Assembly: GCA_965222115.1 (NCBI GenBank) | Contig: CBDCTJ010000007.1 | Span: forward strand, 1,536,001-1,600,000 | Reading direction: 5' to 3' | DNA from: Planctomycetota bacterium | Lineage (GTDB): Bacteria; Planctomycetota; PLA2; JAEUHO01 | DNA length: 64,000 bases | Shown here: positions 1 to 10,712 of the stretch, one piece after another | Layout: each line of letters starts with the position of its first letter | Numbering within the stretch: position 1 is the stretch's first letter | Translations under genes and position numbers: made by a program | Notes under the pieces: generated by a model | The model's database searches: none | What the model saw: only the letters and a program-made list of their open reading frames with translations | Told to the model about the DNA's origin: nothing

Positions 1-2
1 CG

Positions 3-1349
3 GAGCCCGTTTCCAGCACGCGCAGGGCGGTGTTGACAGTTGTAGATCGATTGGCGGGACGCAAGCCCAGCGTCCTCGTCTGCGACCACGATCCACGTTC
101 GATTCTCACGCCGGCCGAATCTTCGGCGCTGCTCCCCGAACGTGCGAAGCGCGTCGAGCAACGTATGTGTCACTCTTCCGTATCGCGCATCCTTGATGAC
201 CTCGATTCGGCGCGCGAATCTTCAGCAAAGCTCGATGTGTATGTCGTCGGATCCATGGAATCACTTCTGGCGTCGCGATGGGAGGGTCTGCAAGTACATC
301 ATGTGGGGCCAGTCACCTCCGTTGCTAAGGGCACCAAGGATGAGATTCAAACCCTCGGTATAACGGCCGCCGCGTCGGGCGCCTGGGACCGCGTGGATAT
401 CTTTGTTGGCACATCGGGCGACGGCATGCCCACGCTTTCCGAGGGAGCAACGTCACTATCGTTGCAGCCGATTGATGACGGCAAGTGGGTCTCACGCGAT
501 GTAGCGGCCCGTGGTCAGATGGTCTCCGCGAAACTCGGCAAATCGCAAGCCATGCGTGTCTTGCCGAACCGACGTGTGGTCGCCATCGCCGACAACGGTG
601 GTGATGCCAGGCATTCTGGATTCGAGTTGCTACGCCGCATTGTGACCTTGGATTCTGGTCTGTCTTTTGGCGAGGGTGAATCGGCGCGCGTGTCACTTGG
701 CGCGGACGAAACAGGCGTGCCAACGCTGTCTGTGGACGCAGGCGAGCACGCGAGCGGTATTGTGCTCGTTGTGCCGCCTTCATACGAAGCGAGGGCCCGC
801 GCATTCGCCTCGTCGTGGTCGTTCCCAATGATTGATCGCGTCATAGGCCGTGACGAGCCCCTTGGCGAACTGCGAGTTGATGTGACCGTGGACGATTCGG
901 TGACAGCGCCGCGCTTGCTGATTGGAGGCGACCTCCTCGGGTCACGAAGTAACTTCACTGCCAGCGCACAGTTTCCCGCATTCGTATCGTCGGGCATTCG
1001 TTTCCTAGCAGGCGAGGGAGAAGCGCTGCAAGTGGATGTTGCTGTTGGCGATGCGATCTCCCTTCCAGTGGGACCGGTCACCACGCCTGTGAATACAAAG
1101 ACACAGAATGTTGACGGTGTGTTTACACCCACGGTTGCGGGCGCCTACCGATTGGGTGATGGTTCGAGCATGGCAGCAACGCTGATGCCTTGCTCGCACA
1201 ACGGGTTGTCGAATTCCGTAACGCGCGTGACACCGGAATCGGTCGCGGCGTCAAGCCGTCCGTTTACGTGGGCCTGGGTTCTCGGTCTGCTCGCGCTCAT
1301 TACGCTGTTGGTTGAGTGGGTCCTTGTCCGTCGCGAGAGGATCCCCTAG
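3..1349 (+). CDS. BatA/VWA-operon type membrane-anchored protein, 5'-truncated by the window edge
   Basis: Frame is open from base 3. Ends in a TM helix LLALITLLVEWVLVRR typical of BatA-domain proteins. Directly precedes a VWA gene. Confidence 0.6.
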   Translation, partial: EPVSSTRRAVLTVVDRLAGRKPSVLVCDHDPRSILTPAESSALLPERAKRVEQRMCHSSVSRILDDLDSARESSAKLDVYVVGSMESLLASRWEGLQVHHVGPVTSVAKGTKDEIQTLGITAAASGAWDRVDIFVGTSGDGMPTLSEGATSLSLQPIDDGKWVSRDVAARGQMVSAKLGKSQAMRVLPNRRVVAIADNGGDARHSGFELLRRIVTLDSGLSFGEGESARVSLGADETGVPTLSVDAGEHASGIVLVVPPSYEARARAFASSWSFPMIDRVIGRDEPLGELRVDVTVDDSVTAPRLLIGGDLLGSRSNFTASAQFPAFVSSGIRFLAGEGEALQVDVAVGDAISLPVGPVTTPVNTKTQNVDGVFTPTVAGAYRLGDGSSMAATLMPCSHNGLSNSVTRVTPESVAASSRPFTWAWVLGLLALITLLVEWVLVRRERIP

Positions 1350-1351
1350 TC

Positions 1352-3883
1352 GTGACGTTTGAACTCGCCATCACCTTCATGCGTCCCTCGGTGCTTGTGC
1401 TTTTGGCACTCGTACCGCTGCTGTGGTTTCTACCGCGTCGATTCCCGAACGCCATTCACGGACTACTTCGTTCGCTGGCGGTTGCTGCGTTGGTGTTGGC
1501 ACTCGCCGAACCCGCCATGATTCGCCTCGACGAGAAGCGCACGGTTCAGGTTGCGATTGTTGATCACTCGGTGAGTGTTGCGCCCGGACAGCCCTCGCTC
1601 TCAACAGACGCGTTGTTTGGGCCCATGCCTACATCGGCCGAGCGTATCGCGATTCACGTGGGAGCGTCGCCCGATCGCGCAGCCGCCGATGCGTCGATCA
1701 CCGGCGATAACGGAATTGAGTCAATCGTCATCGACGCCAATGCGTCGGCAACGCGAGGACGTGATTCCCTTGGGGTTGCACTGGACGAAGCGCTTCTTCG
1801 GATTCCTGAAGGTGTTCACGCCAGCATGACGCTTGCTACCGATGGCGCCGCCACGCATCCCTCGTGGCGAGCATCTGTCCAGCGCATCGCAGCGCGAGGC
1901 ATTCCTGTATTTGTGATTCCACGACGTCGCAAGGGCCCCGACGCCTATCCGCGGCGCATCCAATTGGTTGAGGCGGCCGTGGCGGGCCAAACCGCACGTG
2001 TACATATTGATGTTGTCGGGGTCGTGCCCCGCGGCGAGGTCGTCCTGTTCGCCGACGAGGTCGAAGTTGCGCGTGAGAAGGTTACGCAGACGTCGCGTTC
2101 ACCGATGGTCCTTGAGTTTGAACCTGAGCGACCCGGATGGGCGCAGCTTCGCGCTGAGCTTCGCAGTGACGCCGCGAGCGATGTTGTCCAGGACAACAAC
2201 GCGGTGAGCACGTGGATTCCGGTCGATGATCCGATTCGTATTCACTACGCAGGCTCTCGCATGGTGGGGGCTCAACAGGCGCTCGAGAAAGCACTCGGAC
2301 GCGGATTTTCATTGGTGCCGTTTCAAGTAGATACGTCGTCGCAAGGCGACTTGCAGAGGTCGCTAGCGAGCAGCGAACTCCTTTGGCTCGACGACATTCC
2401 CGCCAGTCAATTGTCCCCTGCTGCACACGAATCCATATCCAACGCCGTCCGTGACGACGGACTGGGCTTGCTCTATTCCGGTGGTCAGCAGGCGTTTGGA
2501 CCTGGCGGCTATGTCGACACGCCCATCGCCAAGTTGCTTCCGCTCGAGCCCAACCAGAAGGAAGAAAAGCGCGATCCCAGCACAACGTTGGTCGTGATTA
2601 TCGATACGTCGGGATCCATGGGGGGCGAGCGGGTCCAACTCGCGAAGGAGGTCGCACGCCTAGGCATGCGGCGCCTTTTGCCCCATGACAAGGTTGGCAT
2701 TGTCGAGTTTTATGGTGCCAAGCGTTGGGCCGCGCCGATTCAACCGGCATCCAACGCCATTGAACTACAACGCGCACTTAATCGACTGGATGCGGGCGGC
2801 GGCACCGTCATTATGCCCGCTATCGAAGAGGCCTACTACGGCTTGCGAAATGTCCAAACACGCTACAAGCACGTGCTTATGCTGACCGATGGGGGAGTGG
2901 AGTCGGGTGCGTTTGAACCGCTGATTCGCAAGATGGCCGAAAAGGGAATCACTACGTCCACCGTGCTTGTGGGCCCCGATGCGCATAGTGAGTTTCTCGT
3001 CAACATTGCCACGTGGGGGCGCGGACGTTACTACAGCGTTCCCAACCGATTCAACCTGCCCGAGATATTGCTGAAGCAACCGACCAACGCGCGGCTCCCG
3101 TCGTATCGACAGGGACGGGTCGAAGTTTCGATCACGGGTGGACCCAGTTGGTTTGGCGGTCGCCTGCCCAAGTCGGTGCCTGCACTCGATGGCTATGCGG
3201 AATGCAACTTGCGCGCGGGTGCCGAGCTCGTGCTTGAAACAAAGACGCGTCGTCACCCCGTGCTCGCATCGTGGATGATGGAGGCGGGACGTGTGACCGC
3301 ATTGGCTACAGAACCCACCGGTCCTGGCATGGCGCCCTGGCGTGACCTCGACGCCTACGGCGACTGGCTCGCGCGCTGGGTGCGTCGCACTGCACGCGTA
3401 CGCACGGGTCCGTATCGCTATTCAATTGAGCAGTCCGGTGGCGCCACAGTAGTCGTCGCGCGGTCGCGAACGACCACCAGCACGACGCCTGTTGTTCACC
3501 TCGTGGACGATACCGGATCACCAACCCAGTCACTCCCGTTTCGTGCCGTGGCGGATGGCGTGTATCGCGCCGACGTTCCAACTTCAGAACGACCCACGCG
3601 ACTGATTGCCGGTGAGGCGAGCGGGCGAAGGCAGCGTTTGGTTGCAACACCATTCCCTTTACTCTCCCCCGAGCTTCAAGAGAATCCGTCCAACCGTATG
3701 CCGCTTGCGCAGATCGCCCGCGCAACGGGTGGTCAAGTGATTACTGAACCTGGCGCGAGCAAGGTCGACGTCGCGCGTGTGCGCGGTGACGTGCCGAACC
3801 ACATTGTTCCTCTATGGCCCTGGTTCTTCATTGCTGCGCTACTTGGCTACTTGGCCGACGTGGCCTGGAGGCGTCGCCCCTAA
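1352..3883 (+). CDS. VWA domain protein with glutamine amidotransferase-like domain, membrane anchored
   Basis: MIDAS motif IIDTSGSM, GGT and MLTDG. GATase-like GLLYSGG segment. N- and C-terminal TM helices. GTG start 2 nt after the previous stop. Confidence 0.8.
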   Translation: MTFELAITFMRPSVLVLLALVPLLWFLPRRFPNAIHGLLRSLAVAALVLALAEPAMIRLDEKRTVQVAIVDHSVSVAPGQPSLSTDALFGPMPTSAERIAIHVGASPDRAAADASITGDNGIESIVIDANASATRGRDSLGVALDEALLRIPEGVHASMTLATDGAATHPSWRASVQRIAARGIPVFVIPRRRKGPDAYPRRIQLVEAAVAGQTARVHIDVVGVVPRGEVVLFADEVEVAREKVTQTSRSPMVLEFEPERPGWAQLRAELRSDAASDVVQDNNAVSTWIPVDDPIRIHYAGSRMVGAQQALEKALGRGFSLVPFQVDTSSQGDLQRSLASSELLWLDDIPASQLSPAAHESISNAVRDDGLGLLYSGGQQAFGPGGYVDTPIAKLLPLEPNQKEEKRDPSTTLVVIIDTSGSMGGERVQLAKEVARLGMRRLLPHDKVGIVEFYGAKRWAAPIQPASNAIELQRALNRLDAGGGTVIMPAIEEAYYGLRNVQTRYKHVLMLTDGGVESGAFEPLIRKMAEKGITTSTVLVGPDAHSEFLVNIATWGRGRYYSVPNRFNLPEILLKQPTNARLPSYRQGRVEVSITGGPSWFGGRLPKSVPALDGYAECNLRAGAELVLETKTRRHPVLASWMMEAGRVTALATEPTGPGMAPWRDLDAYGDWLARWVRRTARVRTGPYRYSIEQSGGATVVVARSRTTTSTTPVVHLVDDTGSPTQSLPFRAVADGVYRADVPTSERPTRLIAGEASGRRQRLVATPFPLLSPELQENPSNRMPLAQIARATGGQVITEPGASKVDVARVRGDVPNHIVPLWPWFFIAALLGYLADVAWRRRP

Positions 3884-6800
3884 ATGACTATGCTTCGAGA
3901 TCAATCTCGCACTTGGATCGTTGTCCTAGGCCTCTTCGCCGTTGCCGCGAGCAGTCCGTTGAACGTGGTGTTTGCGAAGAAGGACAAACCCACGCTCGAT
4001 GATGCGGCCAAGCAGGTTGTGGCCGAGGCTCTTGCAGACAAGGAGGATGCCGAGAACGCGGCCCACAATCTCGATCGTACATTCGCACTCAAAGCCTATT
4101 CGTCGGCCGCGCTCTTGGAGCATCTTCAGGCGGTAGACAAAGAAGATGCGAAACGCGCGCGCGCCGAGAGCCTTTTGTTGCATCTCTACTTGCGCGCCGG
4201 CAAGTTGCGCGATGCGTTGACGATTGCCGAGACGCAATGGAAGGATGGCGAGGCCGGTCGAAAGCTAAAGCTCGGCGAACTTCAAGAGGCCGCTGGTCGA
4301 AACGCGAAGGCACTGGATACCTATCTTTCGCTGATAGGCGAGGCCGGGGACGTCGGCTGGACCGCATCGCTGCGTGCGGCGCTCTTGCGACTTGATGGTG
4401 TCGCGAGCGCTGGGAAGACTGCCGACAAGAAGCCGACCGCCAACTCAAAGAAGCCCGAAGACAACAAAGGCGCAGACGATGGGGACAATGACAACGATCC
4501 GCTCAACCCGGTGAACATCCTCACTGAGGCGGTGAATCGTTCGCCCAAGTCCGTGCGCGAGGCGCGCGGCAACCGCGCAGCGATGGTGTTAGCGCTCACG
4601 GGCAAGGCGGACAAGGCGCGCGCGCTCTACCACGTTCCCAAGAACGCCGAGAAACCCGTGCGCGCGATGTTGCGCATGGCGCAGTGGTGCTTGCATGACC
4701 GTGCGTGGGACGAAGCGCGCACGTGGGCCGATAAAGCGATCGATGTGGCCACGCTCAAGCGGGATCGACGCTACGCCTATGCGCTGTTGACTGAGGCCTA
4801 TCGCGGGACGAATGATCTACCAAAGTTGATCGAACGATTGCTAGCGAGCGAGTCGTTATCTGATGAGGCACAGGATCTCTTAATCGAACTCCTGCGCGAG
4901 ACCGGGCAGCCCGAGAAGGCGTTGGCATTCTTCAATGAGGAAAAGCGCGCATCGTTGACACCTGAGATTCAGCGCCAGTTTCTTGAGATGTTGCGAGACG
5001 CCGGTCGTACCAAGGACATGGTGGCGCGCTACAAAGACGCCATTCACCGCGAGCCCGAACGACTGCTTTGGCGTTCGGGGCTGTCGCGCTACTACCTCGA
5101 AGAAGGCACGCCGGCGCAAGCGAAAGCAGTTTGGCGTGATCTCTTGGACGTGAGTAAGACATTTACCCCCGAGCGAGGACCGTGGATTCAGTTGGGTGCT
5201 GCCGAGGAGATTGCGTCGCAGGGGCTCCACAAACTTGCTCTTGAGCTTGGGGAGCGAGCGGCCAAGCACGAAGCGACCCAGTTTCCCGCCCTGCTTTTTC
5301 TCGCTGATGTGCATGTGCGCACCGGAAAGACAAAGTTGGCTGAAGCCGTACTCGATCGCTTTGACAAAGCGGCCGCGCCCAAAGCCAAAGAACGCCTTCA
5401 ACTGGCTGAGGTCTATGAGCGCCTGGGACGTAAGGATCGCGCGGCCACGGTCTTGGAGGACTTGCGCCGCGCCCGCGGCGAGGACAAGAGCGAAGAAGAT
5501 CTCGACATGCGCCTCGCCGTGTTGCTCAGCGAGGTCGATCGTGACGCCGACGCATTGAACCTCTGGCGCCACGTGTGGAAGCGCGTCAAAGCCCCTGCTC
5601 GCCGACAGTATGTGGAGGATCGCATACTCACCGTCGCAGCACGCGAAGGCGAACTGGCCGACATTGCAGTCGATCTCGAAGAGCGATTGGTGGCCGGAAA
5701 AGCCAATGAACGCGAGAGTGGGTTGCTGATTCGTCTGTATACGCGCGTGGGTGATCCCGTGTCGGCCGCCGAGGTGTTGGAAGAGCGCGTTAAGCGTCAG
5801 AAGTCCGATCAGGTCAAGGCGCTTCAAGAACAGGCGCGCATCTATCTCACCTGTACCGACTACTTCAACTACGAAGAGGTCGTTCGAAAACTGATTGATC
5901 TCGATCCCGAGGGTGAGCGCGATTATCTGCGTCAACTGGCCATGAGCGCATTGGAACGCGGACGTCCGCTTGAAGCGCGCGGTTCCCTTCGTCGCCTGAA
6001 GCAACTCGAAGGCGGCGTGGATGGCGCCGAGTTTGAAGCCGGCATCCTCGCGCTTGGTGGACTAAATGACGATGCCATGGCCGCCTATCGCAAGGGTCTG
6101 GCTGCGCATCCGGAACGCATTGAAGTGTATCTCCTGCTTGCCAAGACCATGGCCGCGGCGAAACAGAAGGACGAGGCGATTGGCATGTTCCAGTCGCTAC
6201 TTACAAGCGCAGAGAAGGACGATCTGTTCACCGTGGCGGTGGATGGGCTGCTCAATATGGAAGCGCCCAATCCTGTACTGCAATGGGCCCGCCGCCGCAT
6301 TGTGGAGCGCGTATCGAATCGCGTCCATCGCGTTTTCTTCTATCAGCTTTACGGCGATCTATCCGAGCAGTTGAAAGAAAACCATCGCATGGTCGTGGCC
6401 CTTTCCGAGTCACTTCCTGTGGCGGGCGAGCGCCGTGGTTCGATCCTGCGCGAGATTATGGACATCTCGTCGCAATCGGGCTTTTCGCCGTTCTACTACG
6501 GGAATCGGCGTGAAGAGGGCGGTGGAACCAAGCTTCGGTACGGTCGCCGACTACTTTTGTTGGGCGATGTGGTACCGCCTCAGGTGTATTTGGACCTTGG
6601 CCGCGCGTTTTTAGAGAATGATGAAGTGAGCGTGGCGTTGCGTACGTTTTCATTGGCTCGCGACCTGCCCGACTTCGATGCGTTTCGCAAACAAGTGGCT
6701 GAAACTTTTGAGACGGCGGGTTATTTGCCTGAAGCGCTCCGATTGTATCAACGCGCATTGATTGGCCGAGCGGAGAGCATTTCCTTGCTCAAGAAAATCG

Positions 6801-9800
6801 GCACGCTTCACGAGTTAGAAGGTCGGTATAAGGAGGCCTTTGCCCGCTATCGCCGCGCGATGAATTTGATTCTCTTGCAGCGTCCCTTTGCCGATCGTGC
6901 AGCGCTTGAGAGCTTTGATGATCGCCCCTGGATGCGGTATTGGGGTGGCAAGAACCTCGACGCCTACGACGAACACTACAGCGACACGTTGCGCGCCTAT
7001 CTAGCGACCATGCCGGAGGGCGTCGAGTTACAACCGGTTATCAAGGAGCATCTCGATTGGTTGGAAAAGGACTTTGCGGAGGTCGAGGAAGCGCTTGCGA
7101 AGCGCGCGAAGGCAAAGAAGCCCTCTGATGACGACTCAAAGATCCGCGCAGCGTCGTTTCCTCGCCTCAACAGCCGTATCAAGTTGGTGAGGCGACTCGC
7201 GCTAGCAACCGGCGACCGGGCGCTGGCCGACCGCCTTGACAAACGATTGATTTCGCTTTTTCCGAAAGACCTTTCGCTGGTGAAGACGCTGGTGCGCGGT
7301 CGGCTTGGTTGGGGACTTGTGGCGAGTGCGCTGACCATGATTGAAACTGCGTCGCTTGAGGAAGATGCCGCAAGTGAGTTATTCCTATTGGCCGGCAAAC
7401 AACCAGAAAAACCCTCCGTAGCTGCACTCGCACCTAGTGAAGCCGCGCGTGTGTTGCTGGCGCCGCTCATGCGCGGCGATGAAGACACCGTGCGATCGTT
7501 GTTGCGTCGAGTCGATGCATCGGATGCAAAGAAGGACGACATTCCTCATATCAAACTGCTGGCCAAGGCCGCGGTACACATGAGTGAGCATGAGGTGCTC
7601 CTGTCGCTCGGTCGCCGCTGGCTTCACTTGTCGGCCACATCGGGATCGGGATGGTCGCGCGGCAACGAGATTCGCGACGCGCTCGACTTCTGTTGGCCTC
7701 ACTTTGACGACGTATCACGGAAGAGCCTTGTGCATCCGCTAGGACGCGTTGTCGTGAAGGAGCCGAAAGAGGCGCAGTACGTTTTACCGATCATCGAGGA
7801 CGTGCAGTCCGCGCTCGATCTTTCGTTGTTGACCGAAGAGGAGGCTAAGAAGGTCATCGATGAGTTGGTAGGGGGAAAGCGCCGCACGTCGATGTACTCA
7901 GCCGCCAAGTTCTTTGCCCTGCTGCCCAAGGACGCTCACACGGAGTTTCTGCGCAAGATTTTTGAAAAGGAGCCCATAGAACGACGTGCCCGATCCGTGA
8001 TTTGGGCGCTGGGTCAGCTAGCGGGCAAGTTGTCCGACGACGCCCTGGATTACCTCGAAGCCACCATGCGCGGCAGCATCAAGAAGATGAAGCAACCCAT
8101 GCGTTGGTGGTCCTACGGCCAGACGCTCACATCCAATGAGGCCCAGGCAGAACTCAACTTCCGTTTTCTGAAGGTCATTACCGGTGACGATCCTGAAGAG
8201 CCGCCCCACTTGGCCGCGCTCGCCCTCGCCTATCGAACGATGGGGAAGAAGGAAAAGGCGTGGACGTATGCCGAGAAAGCGTTTTCGACGTTTATGGAGC
8301 GCGGCGCCGATGACTGGACGCTCCGTGCGCCGCTGAGTCGCGTCATCGATGTGTTTGGTGAAGACCACGCAGACGCGTTTCTCAAGGTGATCGACGAACT
8401 CGAGAAGAAGAACGGGCCCAACGAGACCACCACCACGTGGAAGCTCAATCTCCTTTCGCGCGACAAGAAGCCCGAGGAGGTGCTCGCGTTGTTGGAGAAG
8501 GCGCGGAAGAAGGACCCCAAGAACAAGTCGATTCTCAATCGCTTGCAGAATCAGTATCGAGCCATGGGCAGCCCCATGGACGCTATCAAGCTTATTCAGA
8601 AGCGCCTTGAGGATGCGCCTGACGACCAGGCACTCAAGAACCAGCTCTCGACCGCGTGGAGTCGTCTCAAACATCCGATCAATGCCGAAAAGGCCAAACG
8701 TGGTAAGGACAAGAAGAAGGGGCCCTCGAAAGAGGATAAGGAGCGCGCAAAGAAGAAGTTCAAACCCGCCACTGTCAAGCGCATTAAGGAAGCGATTGAG
8801 GGCAAGCAGCTCGACAAGGCGCGGGTGCTCATGCATCAAATGTGGCGCGGCATTTCGCCTGGCACGTCACGCAATCGCTATGGCCCGGTGATTTACTACG
8901 TCAATGGTGTTCCTCAGTTGCATGGGGGCGGCTCGCTCGCGAACGCGCTGTGGCCCGAAGAGAAGAAGAAGGATCGTCGCGTTCGGCGTGGCGGACTTCC
9001 CGATTTCGAGGCCATGCGGAAGGCCGAGGTCGAACGACGCGAAAACAAGAAGGCTGACCGGCGCCTTAGTGCCTATGAAGTGCTCGTTGATCATGAGTTT
9101 GGTCGTAAGGAGATCGAGCGCGAGCTGCGCACGATGTCAGGGTCGGGATTGGAAGGCGCCAGCAATCTGTTGCGCGCCCTCAATCGCAAACGTGAAAAGG
9201 AGATCGGCAAAGAGAAGCTGATCGAAGAACTTCTTGAGCGCGTTACAAGTGGTCACGCGCGCAGCGATACGTTCTATCGGTTGCTCTTGCTTGCCGAGGA
9301 TCAGGCCGAGGCACTCAGCGACAGCGGCGAACGAATCGCCACGAGCCTCATGACCAATGTCGCGCCCGACGATTCGCGCCTCATCCTTCGGTTGGCCAGC
9401 TGTTTGGCGGCGGCAGGCAAGACCGACGCCGTGGAGCGACTGTTGCGTTGGTGCGCCAGACTGGCCACGTCCGGCGGTGGCTTTGATCCCTTCGGCGGTT
9501 ACAGCCCGCGAGCGAGCACCCACGGTGTGATTCATGCGATACGAAAGCACCTAGAGGGTGAGCAGCGCAATCGATCGATCGAGGCGGTACTCGCCATGAG
9601 TGATCCGCGCAAGCCGAAGCTCAAGCGCAGCACCGATCGCAATCCGTGGAGCAACTTCGGTGCCGACGAGTCGTATTCGACGCTGTTGCTCAATACGTGG
9701 AGCGAGGTCATAGGTGCCGAGGCCACGCTCGAGCGATTTGAGTCCATTGTGAAGCGAGCGCTAGATACCGAACGATCGGTGCAGCGAAATGCGGCAGCTA

Positions 9801-10636
9801 CCGTTGCGCGTCTCGCGGCCGCGTCGGGCAACTATGAACTCGCACTGCGTGCATTGGAAGTCGCTGTGTGCGCCTTCCCCGACTGGTCGTTCCCCGATGA
9901 CGTCAAGCGAGACCCTAGCAATCGTTACTTCTATGAGCACCGGGAGCGTATCGCGCACAACTCAAGGGGAATCGGCTCCGATATGCTGTATGCCTTGTTT
10001 GTTCGTCAACCGGATGATGGTGAGGATGCGGTTGACAATGAGGCATCGAAGACCGATGCGGACGAAGAAGACGAAGAGGATCGCAAACCCGAATCAGACG
10101 AGGACGCAGACGACGATGAGGCGATCGACGCTGCTAATGCAAAGATCGTTTGGCTCGTGCATGCGTCAGAGACCATCGATGGGTGGGTAGAAGACAAGCG
10201 GCTGAAGGCGGCGGGTGCGTTTGGCGCTCATTGCGTCATCGCCGTCGAGCTCTTTCGTGCAGGGGCCGAAGAAGAAGCCGCGGCCCTACTTACGAAGGCC
10301 CAGCAACAAGCTCATGAGAATCCGCGTTGGGCGCTGTGGATTGCCGACGCGTATCGCGAAATGGCGCAAGAGGATGAGGCCATCGCGATTGAGCGCCAAC
10401 TGCTAAAGAGTCGAACAATCTACTTGGAGCGCGTGCCCCGAGTCGTGCGTGCCGTCTTGGAACAAGACGGTCCCCAAGCGGCCCTCAAGCTCGGCAACGA
10501 CGTGTCCAGGTTTACGCTGCACCCCGATCTTTTGCGCGTGCTCATCGAGTCTGCGTCTGCGGCAAAGGACGAGAAGGCCGAAGCCACGTGGCGGGCCATG
10601 GCGAAGGAAGCCTGGCCGAAAGACGTCTTCAAATGA
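3884..10636 (+). CDS. Giant (2250 aa) exported TPR-repeat protein
   Basis: N-terminal signal peptide, many TPR-like helical repeats, a Lys-rich and an Asp/Glu-rich linker. ATG directly follows the upstream TAA. Confidence 0.75.
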   Translation: MTMLRDQSRTWIVVLGLFAVAASSPLNVVFAKKDKPTLDDAAKQVVAEALADKEDAENAAHNLDRTFALKAYSSAALLEHLQAVDKEDAKRARAESLLLHLYLRAGKLRDALTIAETQWKDGEAGRKLKLGELQEAAGRNAKALDTYLSLIGEAGDVGWTASLRAALLRLDGVASAGKTADKKPTANSKKPEDNKGADDGDNDNDPLNPVNILTEAVNRSPKSVREARGNRAAMVLALTGKADKARALYHVPKNAEKPVRAMLRMAQWCLHDRAWDEARTWADKAIDVATLKRDRRYAYALLTEAYRGTNDLPKLIERLLASESLSDEAQDLLIELLRETGQPEKALAFFNEEKRASLTPEIQRQFLEMLRDAGRTKDMVARYKDAIHREPERLLWRSGLSRYYLEEGTPAQAKAVWRDLLDVSKTFTPERGPWIQLGAAEEIASQGLHKLALELGERAAKHEATQFPALLFLADVHVRTGKTKLAEAVLDRFDKAAAPKAKERLQLAEVYERLGRKDRAATVLEDLRRARGEDKSEEDLDMRLAVLLSEVDRDADALNLWRHVWKRVKAPARRQYVEDRILTVAAREGELADIAVDLEERLVAGKANERESGLLIRLYTRVGDPVSAAEVLEERVKRQKSDQVKALQEQARIYLTCTDYFNYEEVVRKLIDLDPEGERDYLRQLAMSALERGRPLEARGSLRRLKQLEGGVDGAEFEAGILALGGLNDDAMAAYRKGLAAHPERIEVYLLLAKTMAAAKQKDEAIGMFQSLLTSAEKDDLFTVAVDGLLNMEAPNPVLQWARRRIVERVSNRVHRVFFYQLYGDLSEQLKENHRMVVALSESLPVAGERRGSILREIMDISSQSGFSPFYYGNRREEGGGTKLRYGRRLLLLGDVVPPQVYLDLGRAFLENDEVSVALRTFSLARDLPDFDAFRKQVAETFETAGYLPEALRLYQRALIGRAESISLLKKIGTLHELEGRYKEAFARYRRAMNLILLQRPFADRAALESFDDRPWMRYWGGKNLDAYDEHYSDTLRAYLATMPEGVELQPVIKEHLDWLEKDFAEVEEALAKRAKAKKPSDDDSKIRAASFPRLNSRIKLVRRLALATGDRALADRLDKRLISLFPKDLSLVKTLVRGRLGWGLVASALTMIETASLEEDAASELFLLAGKQPEKPSVAALAPSEAARVLLAPLMRGDEDTVRSLLRRVDASDAKKDDIPHIKLLAKAAVHMSEHEVLLSLGRRWLHLSATSGSGWSRGNEIRDALDFCWPHFDDVSRKSLVHPLGRVVVKEPKEAQYVLPIIEDVQSALDLSLLTEEEAKKVIDELVGGKRRTSMYSAAKFFALLPKDAHTEFLRKIFEKEPIERRARSVIWALGQLAGKLSDDALDYLEATMRGSIKKMKQPMRWWSYGQTLTSNEAQAELNFRFLKVITGDDPEEPPHLAALALAYRTMGKKEKAWTYAEKAFSTFMERGADDWTLRAPLSRVIDVFGEDHADAFLKVIDELEKKNGPNETTTTWKLNLLSRDKKPEEVLALLEKARKKDPKNKSILNRLQNQYRAMGSPMDAIKLIQKRLEDAPDDQALKNQLSTAWSRLKHPINAEKAKRGKDKKKGPSKEDKERAKKKFKPATVKRIKEAIEGKQLDKARVLMHQMWRGISPGTSRNRYGPVIYYVNGVPQLHGGGSLANALWPEEKKKDRRVRRGGLPDFEAMRKAEVERRENKKADRRLSAYEVLVDHEFGRKEIERELRTMSGSGLEGASNLLRALNRKREKEIGKEKLIEELLERVTSGHARSDTFYRLLLLAEDQAEALSDSGERIATSLMTNVAPDDSRLILRLASCLAAAGKTDAVERLLRWCARLATSGGGFDPFGGYSPRASTHGVIHAIRKHLEGEQRNRSIEAVLAMSDPRKPKLKRSTDRNPWSNFGADESYSTLLLNTWSEVIGAEATLERFESIVKRALDTERSVQRNAAATVARLAAASGNYELALRALEVAVCAFPDWSFPDDVKRDPSNRYFYEHRERIAHNSRGIGSDMLYALFVRQPDDGEDAVDNEASKTDADEEDEEDRKPESDEDADDDEAIDAANAKIVWLVHASETIDGWVEDKRLKAAGAFGAHCVIAVELFRAGAEEEAAALLTKAQQQAHENPRWALWIADAYREMAQEDEAIAIERQLLKSRTIYLERVPRVVRAVLEQDGPQAALKLGNDVSRFTLHPDLLRVLIESASAAKDEKAEATWRAMAKEAWPKDVFK

Positions 10637-10712
10637 TGGTTGTCGTCGGATCGTTGCGAGTAGGTTGATCGCTGCGCGGCACGGACTACGCCGCCGCATC
10701 CGGAGGACGTGC

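Noticed and set aside
4880-9550. Long minus-strand ORFs (e.g. 4880-6004, 8018-8839) opposite the TPR gene
   Set aside because: Antisense shadows expected in high-GC coding DNA, with no recognisable motifs.
10449-10712. 88-codon N-terminal extension of the beta-CASP ORF
   Set aside because: It overlaps the TPR gene. ATG 10713 has a GGAGG RBS and matches the family N-terminus.
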